Shown here piece by piece: positions 1 through 12,148 of a stretch of 64,000 bases of DNA. Both the position numbers and the translations under genes were made by a program. Position 1 is the stretch's first letter, and the number at the start of each line of letters is the position of its first letter. The notes under the pieces are model-generated. The model was not told the origin of the DNA and ran no database searches. It was given only the letters and a program-made list of their open reading frames with translations. This DNA is from Podarcis vaucheri (taxonomy: Eukaryota), in the NCBI GenBank assembly GCA_965113315.1, contig OZ220368.1; one strand, written 5' to 3'.

Positions 1-324
1 AAATCAGACCATACATAAGGATTTTTTTTCCTTTAGATATTCTTGATCCAGGAATCATAACCAATTGCCAGAAAGTTAATAGAGTAAAATATTTCAGTCA
101 GGAAGCATTTATTATTTATAAATTATCCTCTGGGGTATTGGAGACTTGGCCAAGGTACAATCATTGTGTGACAACATCAACACCTCCCTTCTTCTGATTG
201 TTAAAGAGGGCCCATGATACATGTCTGCATATTCCATTTGATTTTCATGACATATACATCGGGCAAGTTCTATTTATTTAACTTGTATATTGCAATATAT
301 TTCAACAGGAATCTAAACATTTCT

Positions 325-589
325 AGAAGCGAACACGGAGCAATGGATCCAAACTACAAGAAAGAAGATTCCACCTAAACATTAGGAAGAACTTCTTGAC
401 AGTAAGAGCTGTTCAACAGTGGAATTTACTGCCATGGAGTGTGGTGGAGTCTCCTACTTTGGAGGTCTTTAAGCAGAGGCTTGACAGCCATATGCCAGGA
501 GTGCTCTGATGGTGTTTCCTGCTTGGCAGGGGGTTGGACTCGATGGCCCTTGTGGTCTCTTCCAACTCTATGATTCTATGATTCTATGA
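325..589 (+). mobile_element. CR1 LINE 3' end (5'-truncated)
   Basis: Typical CR1 ORF2 tail and 3'UTR (ATTAGGAAGAACTTC...GGGGGTTGGACTCGATG) ending in (ATTCTATG)n octamer repeats. Confidence 0.9.
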
Positions 590-1109
590 GTCCACTTGCT
601 AGGTGCAATAGGGTACACACAGGTGCTCTAGGCCAAACAAACAGAAGAAAGTTGGGATGAAGTCCAAATTACTTTTCCTGACCCATCAGAGGGAAGAAGA
701 GAAGAGCCTGATAGAACCTGCTGTCTTAGGACACTGTGCAAAGGTGGGGTGGAGATCTTTTTTGACCTGGCAGACCAGATGCTTATCTCCTCCCTCCCAG
801 GCCACCTTCAACAGATAGCTGGGAAACCCCACGTCAATCATCTGGCATCACAATAATTGACATGTGTCAAAGTCCCTTATGCAGCACTTTTTACAGTACT
901 TTCCAAACGTTCAACAACCAGTTAAAAAAATGGCCAATCCAGTGCACAGTTGTAGAAGAACAGAAGCATTAGCAGCACTGGTTCTGCAATACAAGGATAA
1001 ATCTATTTCTTTAAATTCTTGGTCCTTGTTCTATATGATAAGTTTTTGTTTCAAGATGTTTTTGTTTCCTCATGTTTGCAAAGAACCCCAAATCATCTTA
1101 ATGAAACAA

Positions 1110-1238
1110 GTGTGAAGAACCTTTGGCCCTCCAGATGTTGCTGCACTACAACTCCCATCAACCCCAGCAATCATGGCCAATGGCCAGGGATGGTGACTGT
1201 TGTAGTTCAGCAGTATCTGGAGGACGAAACATTCCCCA
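1110..1238. mobile_element. Degenerate palindromic hAT-type MITE (same family as 28534-28669)
   Basis: CCCTCCAGATGTTG-CTACAACTCCCATCA...GTTGTAGTTCAGCAGTATCTGGAGG, self-complementary. Confidence 0.6.
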
Positions 1239-1240
1239 TA

Positions 1241-1481
1241 CAGTGGAACCTCGGATTACATACCGTCCTCCTTATGAACCTTTCAGATAACGAGCTCCAC
1301 TAACTCAGAAGTAGGTCTCCTGGTAGCGAATTTTGCCCCGGGATGCAAGCAGAAGTCGCATGTTGGCAGCGCGTTGGCAGCGGGAGTCCCCATTAGCAAA
1401 AGCACACCTCAGGTTAAGAACGATTTTGGGTTAAGAACGGACCTCTAGAACGAATTAAGTTCATAACTGGAGGTACCACTG
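1241..1481. mobile_element. Tc1/mariner (Tigger-like) MITE, family A
   Basis: TIRs CAGTGGAACCTC / GAGGTACCACTG with TA on both sides; related copies elsewhere in the window. Confidence 0.8.
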
Positions 1482-2047
1482 TACTTGTAATAAAAGGTAA
1501 AAAAGCCTAAGAGGCATTGGAGGTATAATGAAACATGATTTCTCATCCCTTGCCAGTGTTCATGTGATTCTGCATTTTAAAAAATAAATATAAATTTCAG
1601 GAGCTTATATATCAAATCTATGATCCAAGTTAATCATGCAGTGTTACATAAACTTGAATTTATTATAATCCAGGTAGCAGCACTACAAATGTCTAGAAGA
1701 AAAGGACTGCAGAGGCATGACATCAATGCAGAATTTTGCTCAAGGACTGCAAAACTGAAGCCTTTAGACATTAACACTGCAGCTGAACAAGATATCTATG
1801 GTTATCACAACATTATGAACACAGAGAAAGATTGAATGGTACTCCTCTTATACCAAATTGCCCAGAGGCTACAATGCGCTTTGGGAATTTATGTGCGCCT
1901 CAGTCCACCATACATAATGAAATTTCCTGGAACCAATACAGAGTCACAAAGTCTTGACTTCTAAAACCCTGCAGGAATGAGTACTACAATCCACATCACT
2001 GCTGAACATATTTTTATTTTTTCAAAAGACAGACAGCAAGACTTAAA

Positions 2048-2301
2048 GAAGAAGAAGAAGAAGAGTTTGGATTTGATATCCCGCCTTTCACTCCCTTTAA
2101 GGAGTCTCAAAGCGGCTAACATTCTCCTTTCCCTTCCTCCCCCACAACAAATACTCTGTGAGGTGAGTGGGGCTGAAAGACTTCAAAGAAGTGTGACTGG
2201 CCCAAGGTCACCCAGCAGCTGCATGTGGAGGAGTGGAGACGCGAACCCGGTTCCCCAGATTACGAGACTATCGCTCTTAACCACTACACCACACTGGCTC
2301 T
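2048..2301 (-). mobile_element. tRNA-derived SINE, Squam3-like
   Basis: Minus strand starts AGAGCCAGTGTGGTGTAGTGGTTAAGAGC (A box), has a GGTTCG B-box region, a (CTT)n tail and a CTTAAA flanking duplication. Confidence 0.8.
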
Positions 2302-2329
2302 CTTAAACTACAGTATCAAATCAATGGTA

Positions 2330-2685
2330 CAGTGGTGCCCCGCAAGACGAATGCCTTGCAAAGACGAAAAACTCGCTAGATGAAAGGGTTTTGCGTTTTT
2401 TGAGCTGCTTCGCAAGACGAATTTCCCTATGGGCTTGCTTTGCAAGACGAAAACGTCTTGCAAGTTTGTTTCCTTTTTCTTAACACCGTTAATACAGTTG
2501 CGACTTGACTTCGAGGAACAACTCATAGAACACGGTCTGGTAGCCTTTTTTGAGGTTTTTGAAGACTTTGGTGATTTTTGAAGCTTTTCCAAAACTTTCC
2601 CGACACCGTGCTTCGCAAGACGAAAAATTCGCTAGACGGAAAAAATTCGCGGAACGAATTAATTTCATCTTGCAAGGCACCACTG
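2330..2685. mobile_element. Tc1/mariner (Tigger-like) MITE, family B
   Basis: TIRs CAGTGGTGCCCCGCAAGACGAA / TCTTGCAAGGCACCACTG, TA TSD. Confidence 0.85.
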
Positions 2686-3619
2686 TATTACTTTTGCTAT
2701 TCTGTTAAACTTGGCTGCCTGTAAGTCATGAAGACCCTTCAGCACTGTGACTATTTTCATTTACACGTGTGAAATTTTGGTTTTATCAACAAAGAATTAA
2801 GTTTGGGAAGCATCAATAGACAATTATTACTTTGGGGGGCGGAGGACAAAACACACAAGCCTCGTTTGCCAATATCATAACTTTCAACCAGGGAAAGGAC
2901 AGTAGGTACTAGACGATTCACATGAGGAAACTGCACCATATGAATATTTTTTTTGTATCACAGCCAGCAGGAGACATGTGCCTACCCCTTGACATCCAAA
3001 GAATTCCTGCACCAGAAGGCTCATTCTACATTTATCTGTATATAACATATTATAAGCACTTAACTACCCAAGAGGTTTAATACACACTTAGATAACCCTC
3101 ACTCTTATCTATTAGATTATAATATTCCTACTTTCCTAGAGGTCATGGTAATTAATCTCCCTGGCATAGAGAGTTTGTTCCAAGATCTGACAAAAAGCCA
3201 CTATGGAGAGAAAGTTTTACATGGATAAGGCAGGAGCTGCCACTACAAAACCCAAAACTAGTTTGGAAATGCAGGAATAATCTATAGAACATTAACTCCT
3301 TGGAACCCAAGTCTCTTCAGTCTGAGTTTTTCTGAGTTGTCTTTAACACAGACTGACAACCTGCCACATTCTTGTCTGCTAAAGGAGGAATGAATGAGTC
3401 ATAAGATTCTCCTACCTCTGGCCCTTAAGGTTTAGCAGATGTTTGGCTCCCTTAGTAGCACAGAAGTACAGTACTCTGTTCAATTAATTCTGTTCTTGGT
3501 AGCACAATATGCTCTTAAGCATAAAAGTGGAACAAAGCCAAATGAGGCTTTGAGTGTTTATTCTTAATGCATTAGGCCATCAAAGGTCCACTTCAAAATC
3601 AGAATTTACACTCCTGAGC

Positions 3620-3866
3620 CAGTGGCGGAGCTTCATGCTCTGGCACCAGGGGACGGAGATTAGGCAGGGGCGGGGCTGGTACGCGTTCCGGGGGCATGGC
3701 GCACCACCCATAGGGGCGTGGTGTGCGTCATAGGGGCGTGGCGCACCACTCGTACGAGTGTGACGCCAAGTGCAGGCAGGGGAGCAGCTACAATGGCACC
3801 CCGCCAGGATCGCGCTGCCGGGGGCGGTGCACTCCTCCCGCAAGTCCGCCTCTTCCTCCGCCAGTG
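3620..3866. mobile_element. Non-autonomous hAT MITE
   Basis: TIR CAGTGGCGGAG / CTCCGCCAGTG; 8-bp TSD TCCTGAGC at 3612-3619 and 3867-3874. Confidence 0.85.
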
Positions 3867-4719
3867 TCCTGAGCATCATGCAACTACCCTGGGATCCTAG
3901 GGGAGGAAGGGCAGGATATAAATTTAATAAATAAATCCAAGCTCATGGATAGGTTAGTAACAGCAACAATTGTAGCAGCAAAAGGATTTCTTCCCAATCT
4001 GGAAAACGAATTCTATGACTATGAAAATAACCACCTATTTATTTGATTTTTATGTTGTGTATTGTTAATTCTCTTCAGAGACCTACATAACAGATTTGCT
4101 GTTTGCTTCCTAGCAACGCAAACTAATTTAGCTGCTACATTCCTAAATGGAGTTAATATTTTTAACATTACGTAAGTGCAGCAGATACACCAAAAGTCAA
4201 AAGAGACATAGGATCTTATGTATCTCTTATGTGTCCTGGCCTTTTTTGTCCCATTTTTCTATAGCCCTTATCTCATCTCTGCCTGCCAAGAGTAACACTT
4301 TTTCTCTGATTAAGTGGGCTCTGGTCTACAATTAAGAAGTAACAATAAATCTATTGTTTTTAAAGGTATAAGAAGATTTATTTCTGTTGTAACAAAAGTG
4401 ATTTCTTTCAAGGAACATTTTTTCTCCAACACAAGCAGAAGCAGATCTAGACATGGTTTGGCTATTTAATAAGTGCATCATCTGTAACAGATGAAAACCA
4501 ACATATGCAATGGTCTGGATTGAGAAACATTCTGCACTAAAGATCACAAATGTCACAGCTGCATATTTGAGTTTAAACTAGTTTTCTATAAATACGCACA
4601 TAAACAACATTTGTTTTCTTCAAGGTATAATACAGACAATCCACACAAAAATGCAGAAATGTTCCAACTGTCAGTGTCTTGACACCAAAAAGCAATGTCA
4701 AGCCTTTTGGATCAGTAAT

Positions 4720-4885
4720 AGAGGAAATGCTTTGCATGCAGAAGGTCCCAGATTCAATCCCCTACATCTCTTGTTAGGGCTAGGAGAGAATCCTGTCTGA
4801 AATCCTGGAGAGCCTCTACCAGTCAACATAGCCAATACTGAGCTAAACAAACCAATGGTGACTCAATATAAGTCCGCTTCATATG
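4720..4885 (+). mobile_element. Old tRNA-derived SINE fragment (Squam2-like)
   Basis: TGCTTTGCATGCAGAAGGTCCCAGATTCAATCCC, a tRNA-like B-box region. Confidence 0.55.
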
Positions 4886-5047
4886 TTGCTATGTAAGTAG
4901 TGTAGACCAGTTAGCTGCCTCAGAGGTAGATACTGGGGGCAGCAGCAACCCCCAAACCATTCCTTCTGAACCCCCACCCTGCACCTCCCCATATACCTCC
5001 TTAACTAGTCTTCTACCATCAGCTGCAAACCTTTTCCTAATTTTGAA

Positions 5048-5195
5048 AGCCAATGTAGTATAGTGGTCTGGGTACTGGACTAGGACCTGGGAGACCAGGG
5101 TTCAAATCCCCACTCAGGCATGACGCTCACTGGGCAATCTTGGGCCAGTAACCATTTCTCAACCTAACCTACCATTCAGGGTTGTTGTGAGATAC
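5048..5195 (+). mobile_element. Old tRNA-derived SINE fragment (Squam3/MIR-like)
   Basis: GTAGTATAGTGGT...GGGTTCAAATCCCCACTC...CAGGGTTGTTGTGAG. Confidence 0.6.
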
Positions 5196-6078
5196 AATTA
5201 TGACTGGTGAATAAGAAAATAAAATTTAATTTTGGGAAATTAAAAAGAATAGAAGACTAATTAATTTGAACAAAACAACCCTAGTAGTCAGCAAGCAATA
5301 CAGTGGTGACAAATAGCAAAGAAAGCTTAAAACTAGTTAAAATAAGATAGATAATCTTATATTCAAGAATTTGGTTTTGTACTGTTACAGTTATCAAATG
5401 AACAGGTGGACTTATCTCAAAAGAAATCCTTCAGAATCATTTCTCTGCTCTTTCTGTTATTTGCTAAAATGACAATGCAAATTTCACTCCAAGGAACATA
5501 AATAAACTTTTTGAATGTTGGGTTTAAAACTTCCTTACTGTTAATATTTGAAGAAGTAAATTACTGGACTTATAAGGCTCCATTATGTTATGTCTGCAGG
5601 GCTCATTAGATGACATTATCTTACAGAGTTTTTCTCATCTTAAGTCTTTTAAGTCCTGTGTTATTTTAAATCCATTTGTGAGAGCATTTCTCACACAAAT
5701 GTGCTTAACTGTAAATCAAGAGGCTGTTCTTAGATTCTGCCATCTCAGGAACAGCATCTAGAGGTTGAATATCCTCTGACATTTGTTCTCATCACAGGTG
5801 TGAAAACTGTTGTCCACCCCTGGAAATAGTTTAATTGTGTAAAATAGTCATTATTCCCACATCTTTAGACTTCCACCCAAAAAGCAAAGCTTACACTGAG
5901 ATGCTTAAAGAAGTAAAGCTAATCTAGCATAGCTGAACTCTGGCCTAGCCAACATAATTTTGAATGGATACCTTCCATTGTTTGGAAGAGGCTGGGAAGG
6001 CTAAAAGCACGAAGAGAGGCAAATTGAGCTTTACATGCTGATCAGCTTTGGGATCTGGGGCAATGAGAAATAGCAGTA

Positions 6079-6315
6079 CAGTGGTACCTCAGGTTAATTC
6101 GTTCTGGAGGTCTGTTCTTAACCTGAAACTGTTCTTAACCTGAAGCACCACTTTAGCTAATGGGGCCTCCTGCTGCTGCCGCTGCGCCACCGCTGCACAA
6201 TTTCTGTTCTCATCCTGAAGCAAAGTTCTTAACCCGAGGTAATATTTCTGGGTTAGCGGAGTCTGTAACCTGAAGCATATGTAACCTGAAGCTTATGTAA
6301 CCCGAGGTACCACTG
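6079..6315. mobile_element. Tigger-like MITE, family A
   Basis: TIRs CAGTGGTACCTC / GAGGTACCACTG; closely similar to 30985-31210. Confidence 0.85.
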
Positions 6316-6448
6316 TGCGGTGACATTCTCAGGATTCCCCATTGTAATGTTTGCCAAAGGATAACTCAAAAGCTTGATGATGATCATAGGTTGAAGTATA
6401 TATACCATTATCATAAAACAGCAAGATGGAAGGGACAATAGGGCTTGC

Positions 6449-7230
6449 GTATCCAGACCCCGTAGCCACGCCCACAACTTTATTGAATACAGATTATGAG
6501 CGGTATTGGCTTAGGCATTGAATGGACCCAACTATATCTGACTCCTGCCCGATGCGCAGGAAGTCCGGCAAGGGTAAACCACCAGAAGGGGGAGCCCTGT
6601 CGATGCATACCAACTCGAGCTGCCCCTGGTGTTCCCGTCGGGGTCGTGTCATGGCTCTAGCCCCTGACCCGGGCTTCGGACAAGATCAACACCCCCGGAT
6701 TCCTTTAACAAAATACCCTTAAGCTTGGAGGGGCAGGTGATGGCCATACCTCCCCTCCCCCACCACAAAGTCATACAATGCCTAACCGCAACCCTAACCA
6801 AGTTGTGACGATTGCTACAAGGTAGGCGAAAACCAAATGGCCAGTGCCAATTTGCCATGTGGAAAAATTCCTACCAGGCCCCTTGACGGCGACCAACCAA
6901 GGTCCATAGCAAGGCCAGTGCCTAAAACATGCAAAATAGGGAGGGAGGGTGATTGAGGAAGCAAGCCAAAGAGGAAGCCCTCTGGCTTACACTTCAGCTT
7001 AAACGGACCCGGCCACGCCCCCCCTGGCCAGCGGATTGGCTGGCCGAGCTCTGACATGGCCAGGATCTCCCGGGCAATGGGGGACAAAGTCCCCCGCCCC
7101 CGGTGGGGTGTGGGTGGCCACGCAATCCACCGCAACTCCTCCCCACTGGGAAGTGGAGTGGATTTGAATGTCAAGACCCCGTAGCCAACCCCTCGTTGGG
7201 AAATAACTCACACAAGGAACTTTAATGCTT
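6449..7230 (-). mobile_element. LTR-like terminal-repeat remnant (possibly DIRS/Ngaro split-repeat type)
   Basis: Minus strand has CCAAT, GC box and TTTAAG promoter motifs and a downstream AATAAA; the 14-bp repeat AGACCCCGTAGCCA occurs near both ends. Confidence 0.5.
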
Positions 7231-7269
7231 ATCTTTTCTAGAACTCATGGAAAGAGAGATGCTCTAAGA

Positions 7270-8585
7270 CAGGGGTGTCAAACTCAAATTCATCGGGGGG
7301 CCACATCAGCAGTTTGGTCACCCTCAAAGGGCCGGTTGTATCTGTAGGACTTTATCAAAGTTATTTTTCCTTAGGCACTGGTGTGTGTTGTCTTGAACCT
7401 ATACACTATTTAATATACCTATTCCAGTACGATTTTAAATAAGAATAGAAGAAGAAATAATAAAGATTTTTTAAAAAGATGACGAGATGGGCTTCCAGGC
7501 AGACTGGAGCTCCAACGGGGAGGAGACAGGAGCCTGTCCCAACAGAGCAGAGCAGAAGCAAATCTTGCCTCCCCCCGCCCTGCGGCCGCACTCAGCAGTC
7601 GGAGGATACGGAGCTGCAGTTTGGGCAGCAGCAGTTTCTTCCTTGCAAGGGAGCCCCAGCGGCACTGTGAGCGCAGGTGGCCAGGATGTCCTGCTGGGGC
7701 CTGAGCTGCTGCAGTTGCTCCCGGGGAGGGGGCTATCCGCCAAGTCCTCTGGCCCGGAGAAAGCCGATGTGTTGGTGTGGGGAGGGGGGCGGTGTTTCGT
7801 AGCCAGGCTCCCGCAGCCAAGTTGCTGGCAGGCTCCCACTTTGCTCCAGCTGCCCAGATGCTGGCGCGGTCCTCTTCGGGGTGGGAGGCGCCCCTGCTTT
7901 GCGGTGCGGCACACCGCCCGCTCGCCCGGCTCCCTCCACCCCACTCTGCGCAGCCGAACCGGCAGCAGCTTCGCCTCTCCCAGCCCAGCCAGGGCGCGCC
8001 GCCTGCGGCAAGACCTGCGCCGGGTCCCCACTCTCCACTTGCCTCCGCGTTCCCTTCCCTGCCTGCCGGCCCTGCCCACCAGGGCGACCCCAGCCAGCCC
8101 CTGGCCCCTGGCCCCGCCGCCCGCACCCCTGGCCATCTCCTCGCCAGCTGCAGCGCCGCAGTGGCCTCTTCTTGTGGCCCAAGCGAGAGGCGTCCCAAGC
8201 GTGGCTCTCGCTCCCTGCCCTCGCTGCCAGCCTCCGCAGCTCCCTCAGGCTCCAAAAGTTGCCGCACGCGCGATCCGCCCCCTCAAGCAGCCGTGCCTGG
8301 GTGGCTCCGAGGGGCGGAGGCAGCCGGCTCCGAGCTCGGCTTCGCGGGACCGCCTCCTCCGCAGCGAGCCCCGGACTGGACCGAGCGAGCAGAAAGCCTG
8401 TTTGCCCGGCCCGCGAGGCAGGCGAAAGTTGAGGGACCGGGCCGGGGCCGGGCCGACGGGGTGCGTCGATTGGAGCCCTGTCTGCAAGCAGGCAGGGAAG
8501 GCTTCCTCGCCCTTGATGCCACGGGCCACATGACGAGGTCTGGCGGGCCGGATTTGGCCCGCGGGCCTTGTGTTTGACACCCGTG
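7270..8585. mobile_element. Non-autonomous hAT element (1.3 kb) with GC/CpG-rich cargo
   Basis: TIR CAGGGGTGTCAAAC / GTTTGACACCCGTG (1 mismatch); 8-bp TSD CTCTAAGA at 7262-7269 and 8586-8593. Confidence 0.9.
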
Positions 8586-10761
8586 CTCTAAGATATTAGT
8601 GTTGGCTACATGCTTACAGATTGTGCTCCTGTAACAAATAAAAATAGAAGGTCAACTCCCAGCACTATAGCATGCGCTTTTATATTCAAAAAAGCTCCAA
8701 TTACACACCAGGTAGCAGTTCTGTTTCCAGTCAGATTCTGCTGATGTAGTTTAACTATTAGATTTCCAGAAATCAGCAGAAGTGCTGATCCTGCCAATTA
8801 GCCAATTTCCACCTCACACTCTCAACATCAAGCAATTATTGGAGTAGTTAATGAGTAACATGCATTCAGCTTCTAAGGTCATCTTCAGCAATGTCCTGAA
8901 AGGTTGCTGTGCCAAGAGAGTACTAAATAGAATGACTGAACCTGTTTTAAACTTTACGAATTATTTAGTTCACAATCCTTCATATAAGGCAGCCACACCA
9001 TGCTAAATGCAAGTGAGCTGAAAAAAAGGCAAATATGCTTGCTTCAGGATTAGCATATTAGTTATAGAAGGTACAGGTATGCATGCCCATGTCCAAACAT
9101 GTGTTAATATTCAACTAACCACTGGAGGGCAACAAGTATATTTTCCCCAGAATTCAAAGCATATATTTTCCAGTAACTGGCCCAACCAGTATCTTCTTTA
9201 TAAAACTTATTTAAAATAAAAAGGGGAAATATCCCTAGAAGTCTGAGTGCATTAAGCATGTTCAGAGTGGCCAAAAAAAAAATGTCCTTATGCATTTCTA
9301 AATCATTTACAGATCACAGAAATAAATATTACTTCAGAAAATTTGAAGTCCTATACTGAATTTCAGAACACATAGCTGCTAGTGTTCTGCTAAAATGGTG
9401 TGCATTACAGAGTAGAAGATCTACACTTAAGCTGATCATGCACACAGGAAGTTGTATGAAGAGTCAGATGCTACAAGGTGCTGCTGACTCCACAGAAAGT
9501 TCTTCAAGTACGGTACTTCACATTTATTTTTATTCATATGCAATTAGCGTATGTCCAACATGAGTTCAGAGCAGAGTACATGGGGTTTCAAGTTAGTCTC
9601 CAACCAAGGACTAGCTTGGCTTCAATTTACTTAGCTTTAGAAACAGAGCTGCACCAGGTGCCATCAGGCTATGATGTGGGGCTATGAAAACCATTTCATT
9701 GTATGAATGCAGCATGATTACTCTTAATTATTTAATAGCACTGCTAACAGTATTTTTAGTTTGAATTCTTGTGGCAGGCGATGAATTTGGATTCAAAATT
9801 ATCTGGATGCAGTATTCACAGACCAGACTGTGATCTTCTGTTACCCACACTGAGGGAACAGATGATGTACAACAGTGGTCTGTTCACATGGAACTGTGCC
9901 CAGATTATTGCAGGAAAAAATCCTGTACTATCTGCAGGTCTCCAGAGTCACTATGGTGGATTCAGGCATGCATATTTCCTCACCAGCAGAGGAAAAAAAG
10001 ACACATATGTTGTTCATGCAAGATAATGTGGCTTCTAAGCCTAGGTGGGGAAACTGTAGTCAATTCTTGCTCCACAGTGTTTGCAGAAGGCCACCCTGAT
10101 TAAAATATGTTTAATAAGTAAAAAGCAAATACAAAGGAGCACCGTGATGCTCCACGCCAGAAATACTGTGGAGAATTCTCTATGGTGCCATACAGGTTGC
10201 AAATGAGAACTCTGAAAAGAGCTGCTGGGAAGCAGCAGCAGTGGGGGACTGTCTATATTAGGAAAGTACACTGTGTTACTAACACAGATTAGCATTCTCT
10301 GTCAAAACATATTTGTTCACACAAATTTTCCTTGAGGACTGATAACAATAGGGTGTTATAGCTCACTTGAAGTTTTAACAGAACAAACAATGTATTAACA
10401 TGCTTTAATGCCGCAACAAGACACATACTAATGGGCTGGTTCAGACATAATATTCCTAACTTCATAATCCATGGAAGACAGTTTATGAAGTTTCTAACTT
10501 CAACAGGACTGAGAGTCCTGCCGCTGTGCACTAGTTTTGGTGCAGATATCCTGTTTCTTTAAAACAAAGTTCCCCATTCTGCATGTAATCCAGAACAAAG
10601 TAAGATCTCCAAGTCAACACTAGTGAACAAGGGGAAGAGACCACATGAACAATGCTTGTTCCTGGCTTCAAAACCATAGTTTATGGTTTATGAAGACAGG
10701 AACATGACACTTGAACTGTTCTATTGACACATACTGGTTTATTAGCATTTTTAAAAATCTA

Positions 10762-11012
10762 CAGTGGTACCTCGGGTTACATATGCTTCAGATTACATAC
10801 ACTTCAGGTTACAGACTCCTCTAACCCAGAAATAGTACCTCGGGTTAAGAACTTTGCTTCAGGATGAGAACAGAAATCGTGTGGCGGCAGCGCGGTGGTA
10901 CCAGGAGGCCCCATTAGCTAAAGTGGTGCTTCAGGTTAAGAACAGTTTCAGGTTAAGAACGGACCTCCGGAATGAATTAAGTACTTAACCTGAGGTACTA
11001 TTTCTGGGTCAG
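10762..11012. mobile_element. Tigger-like MITE, family A (right end rearranged)
   Basis: Starts TA|CAGTGGTACCTCGGGTTAC; internal sequence matches the other family A copies. Confidence 0.8.
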
Positions 11013-11229
11013 AGGGTATATTCTGGGTATATTGTATTACACTTGTGGCATTAAAGCCTTTGGAACAGTTTGGTTAATGGTGTGAAATATTTGGGAAATT
11101 AAAAAGGGAAACTAAGAAAACTGCAGCCTGGCTTTTCAGAGAGAATGCAAAGTTGTCTAACTGGTTAGTTTTCAAAGCCACATACAGGGTAAGTTGCATA
11201 TGGAAAAATGGTACTATGTGGGACATAGT

Positions 11230-11421
11230 TACAGGTAGGTAGCCATGTTGGTCTGCCGTAGGCAAAACAAAATAAAAAAAATCCTTCCAGTAGCACCTTA
11301 TAGACCAACTAAGTTTGTTAGTATGAGCGGTATCTGAAGAAGTGTGCATGCACACGAAGGCTCATACCAATAACAAACTTAGCTGGTCTATAAGGTGCTA
11401 CTGGAAGGAATTTTTTTATTG
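11230..11421 (+). mobile_element. Penelope-like element terminal fragment (inverted arrangement)
   Basis: Internal inverted repeat TCCTTCCAGTAGCACCTTATAGACCA / TGGTCTATAAGGTGCTACTGGAAGGA; 13-bp flanking direct repeat TGTGGGACATAGT at 11217-11229 and 11422-11434. Confidence 0.75.
11329..11368 (+). ncRNA. Minimal type I hammerhead ribozyme motif, probably mutated (GAAA>GAAG)
   Basis: Stem I GGTAT/ATACC, core CTGAAGA, stem II GTGTG-CATG-CACAC, GAAG, then GCTC at the expected cleavage site. Confidence 0.6.
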
Positions 11422-12148
11422 TGTGGGACATAGTGAGGCTAAAGGACAAGGAGAAAAGTATAGAGTAAGCAATGGCTTGAAGGGCAAACATGAAGGATAG
11501 ATAGTTGAAGAAGATTTGAGGATGAAGAACAGAGGTGGCAATGAATCTGTGACACAAACTAATAAAGGAGATTCTGAATAAACTTTAGAAATACTCCATG
11601 ACTCTCCCTGCAAACAACAGGCACATTTGCTCTGTGATCACAAGAATCAAAAGCAGAAAGAGCCACATGGAATTTGATCCCATGTCAGAAGACCATTGTG
11701 CCTAGCAGCATAAAAATCTACCTGTGCCCCAAAGATGCTTTGGTCAGTGTCATTATCTTCTGTCTCATCAACATCAGTTTATCATGAGTCTAGAATCTTA
11801 GAATCCTTTGCCAAGAAAAAAATGAAGTTGTAGTCTCCGAGACAAGCATCATAGATCAGAACTGCCTCTCTTATTCACTAGATGAGACTCAATAAAGATA
11901 ATTTGGAACAGTATTTTGTTTTGTTTTCATTAACTTACAGACCAAGATGACAGGTGATAGATCTAAAGTTTAGATTCTGACAAGTAAATTCAGTTGTGGT
12001 TTCTGCTGTCACTGCAACCACCTTGCATGGAAGTCCCCCAAAACCATCAGTCTGAGTCCTCAACACCACCTTCGATACCAGCTCTGTAAGCTCAACTGCT
12101 GGGCGGTAATGCTGGCAGTAAACCAGCAGAGACTGAATTACTATAGAC

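Noticed and set aside
7419-8580. Long overlapping ORFs of up to 348 aa on both strands
   Set aside because: Low-complexity Pro/Ala/Arg/Gly translations inside a TSD-bounded hAT element; open because of high GC; no recognisable domain
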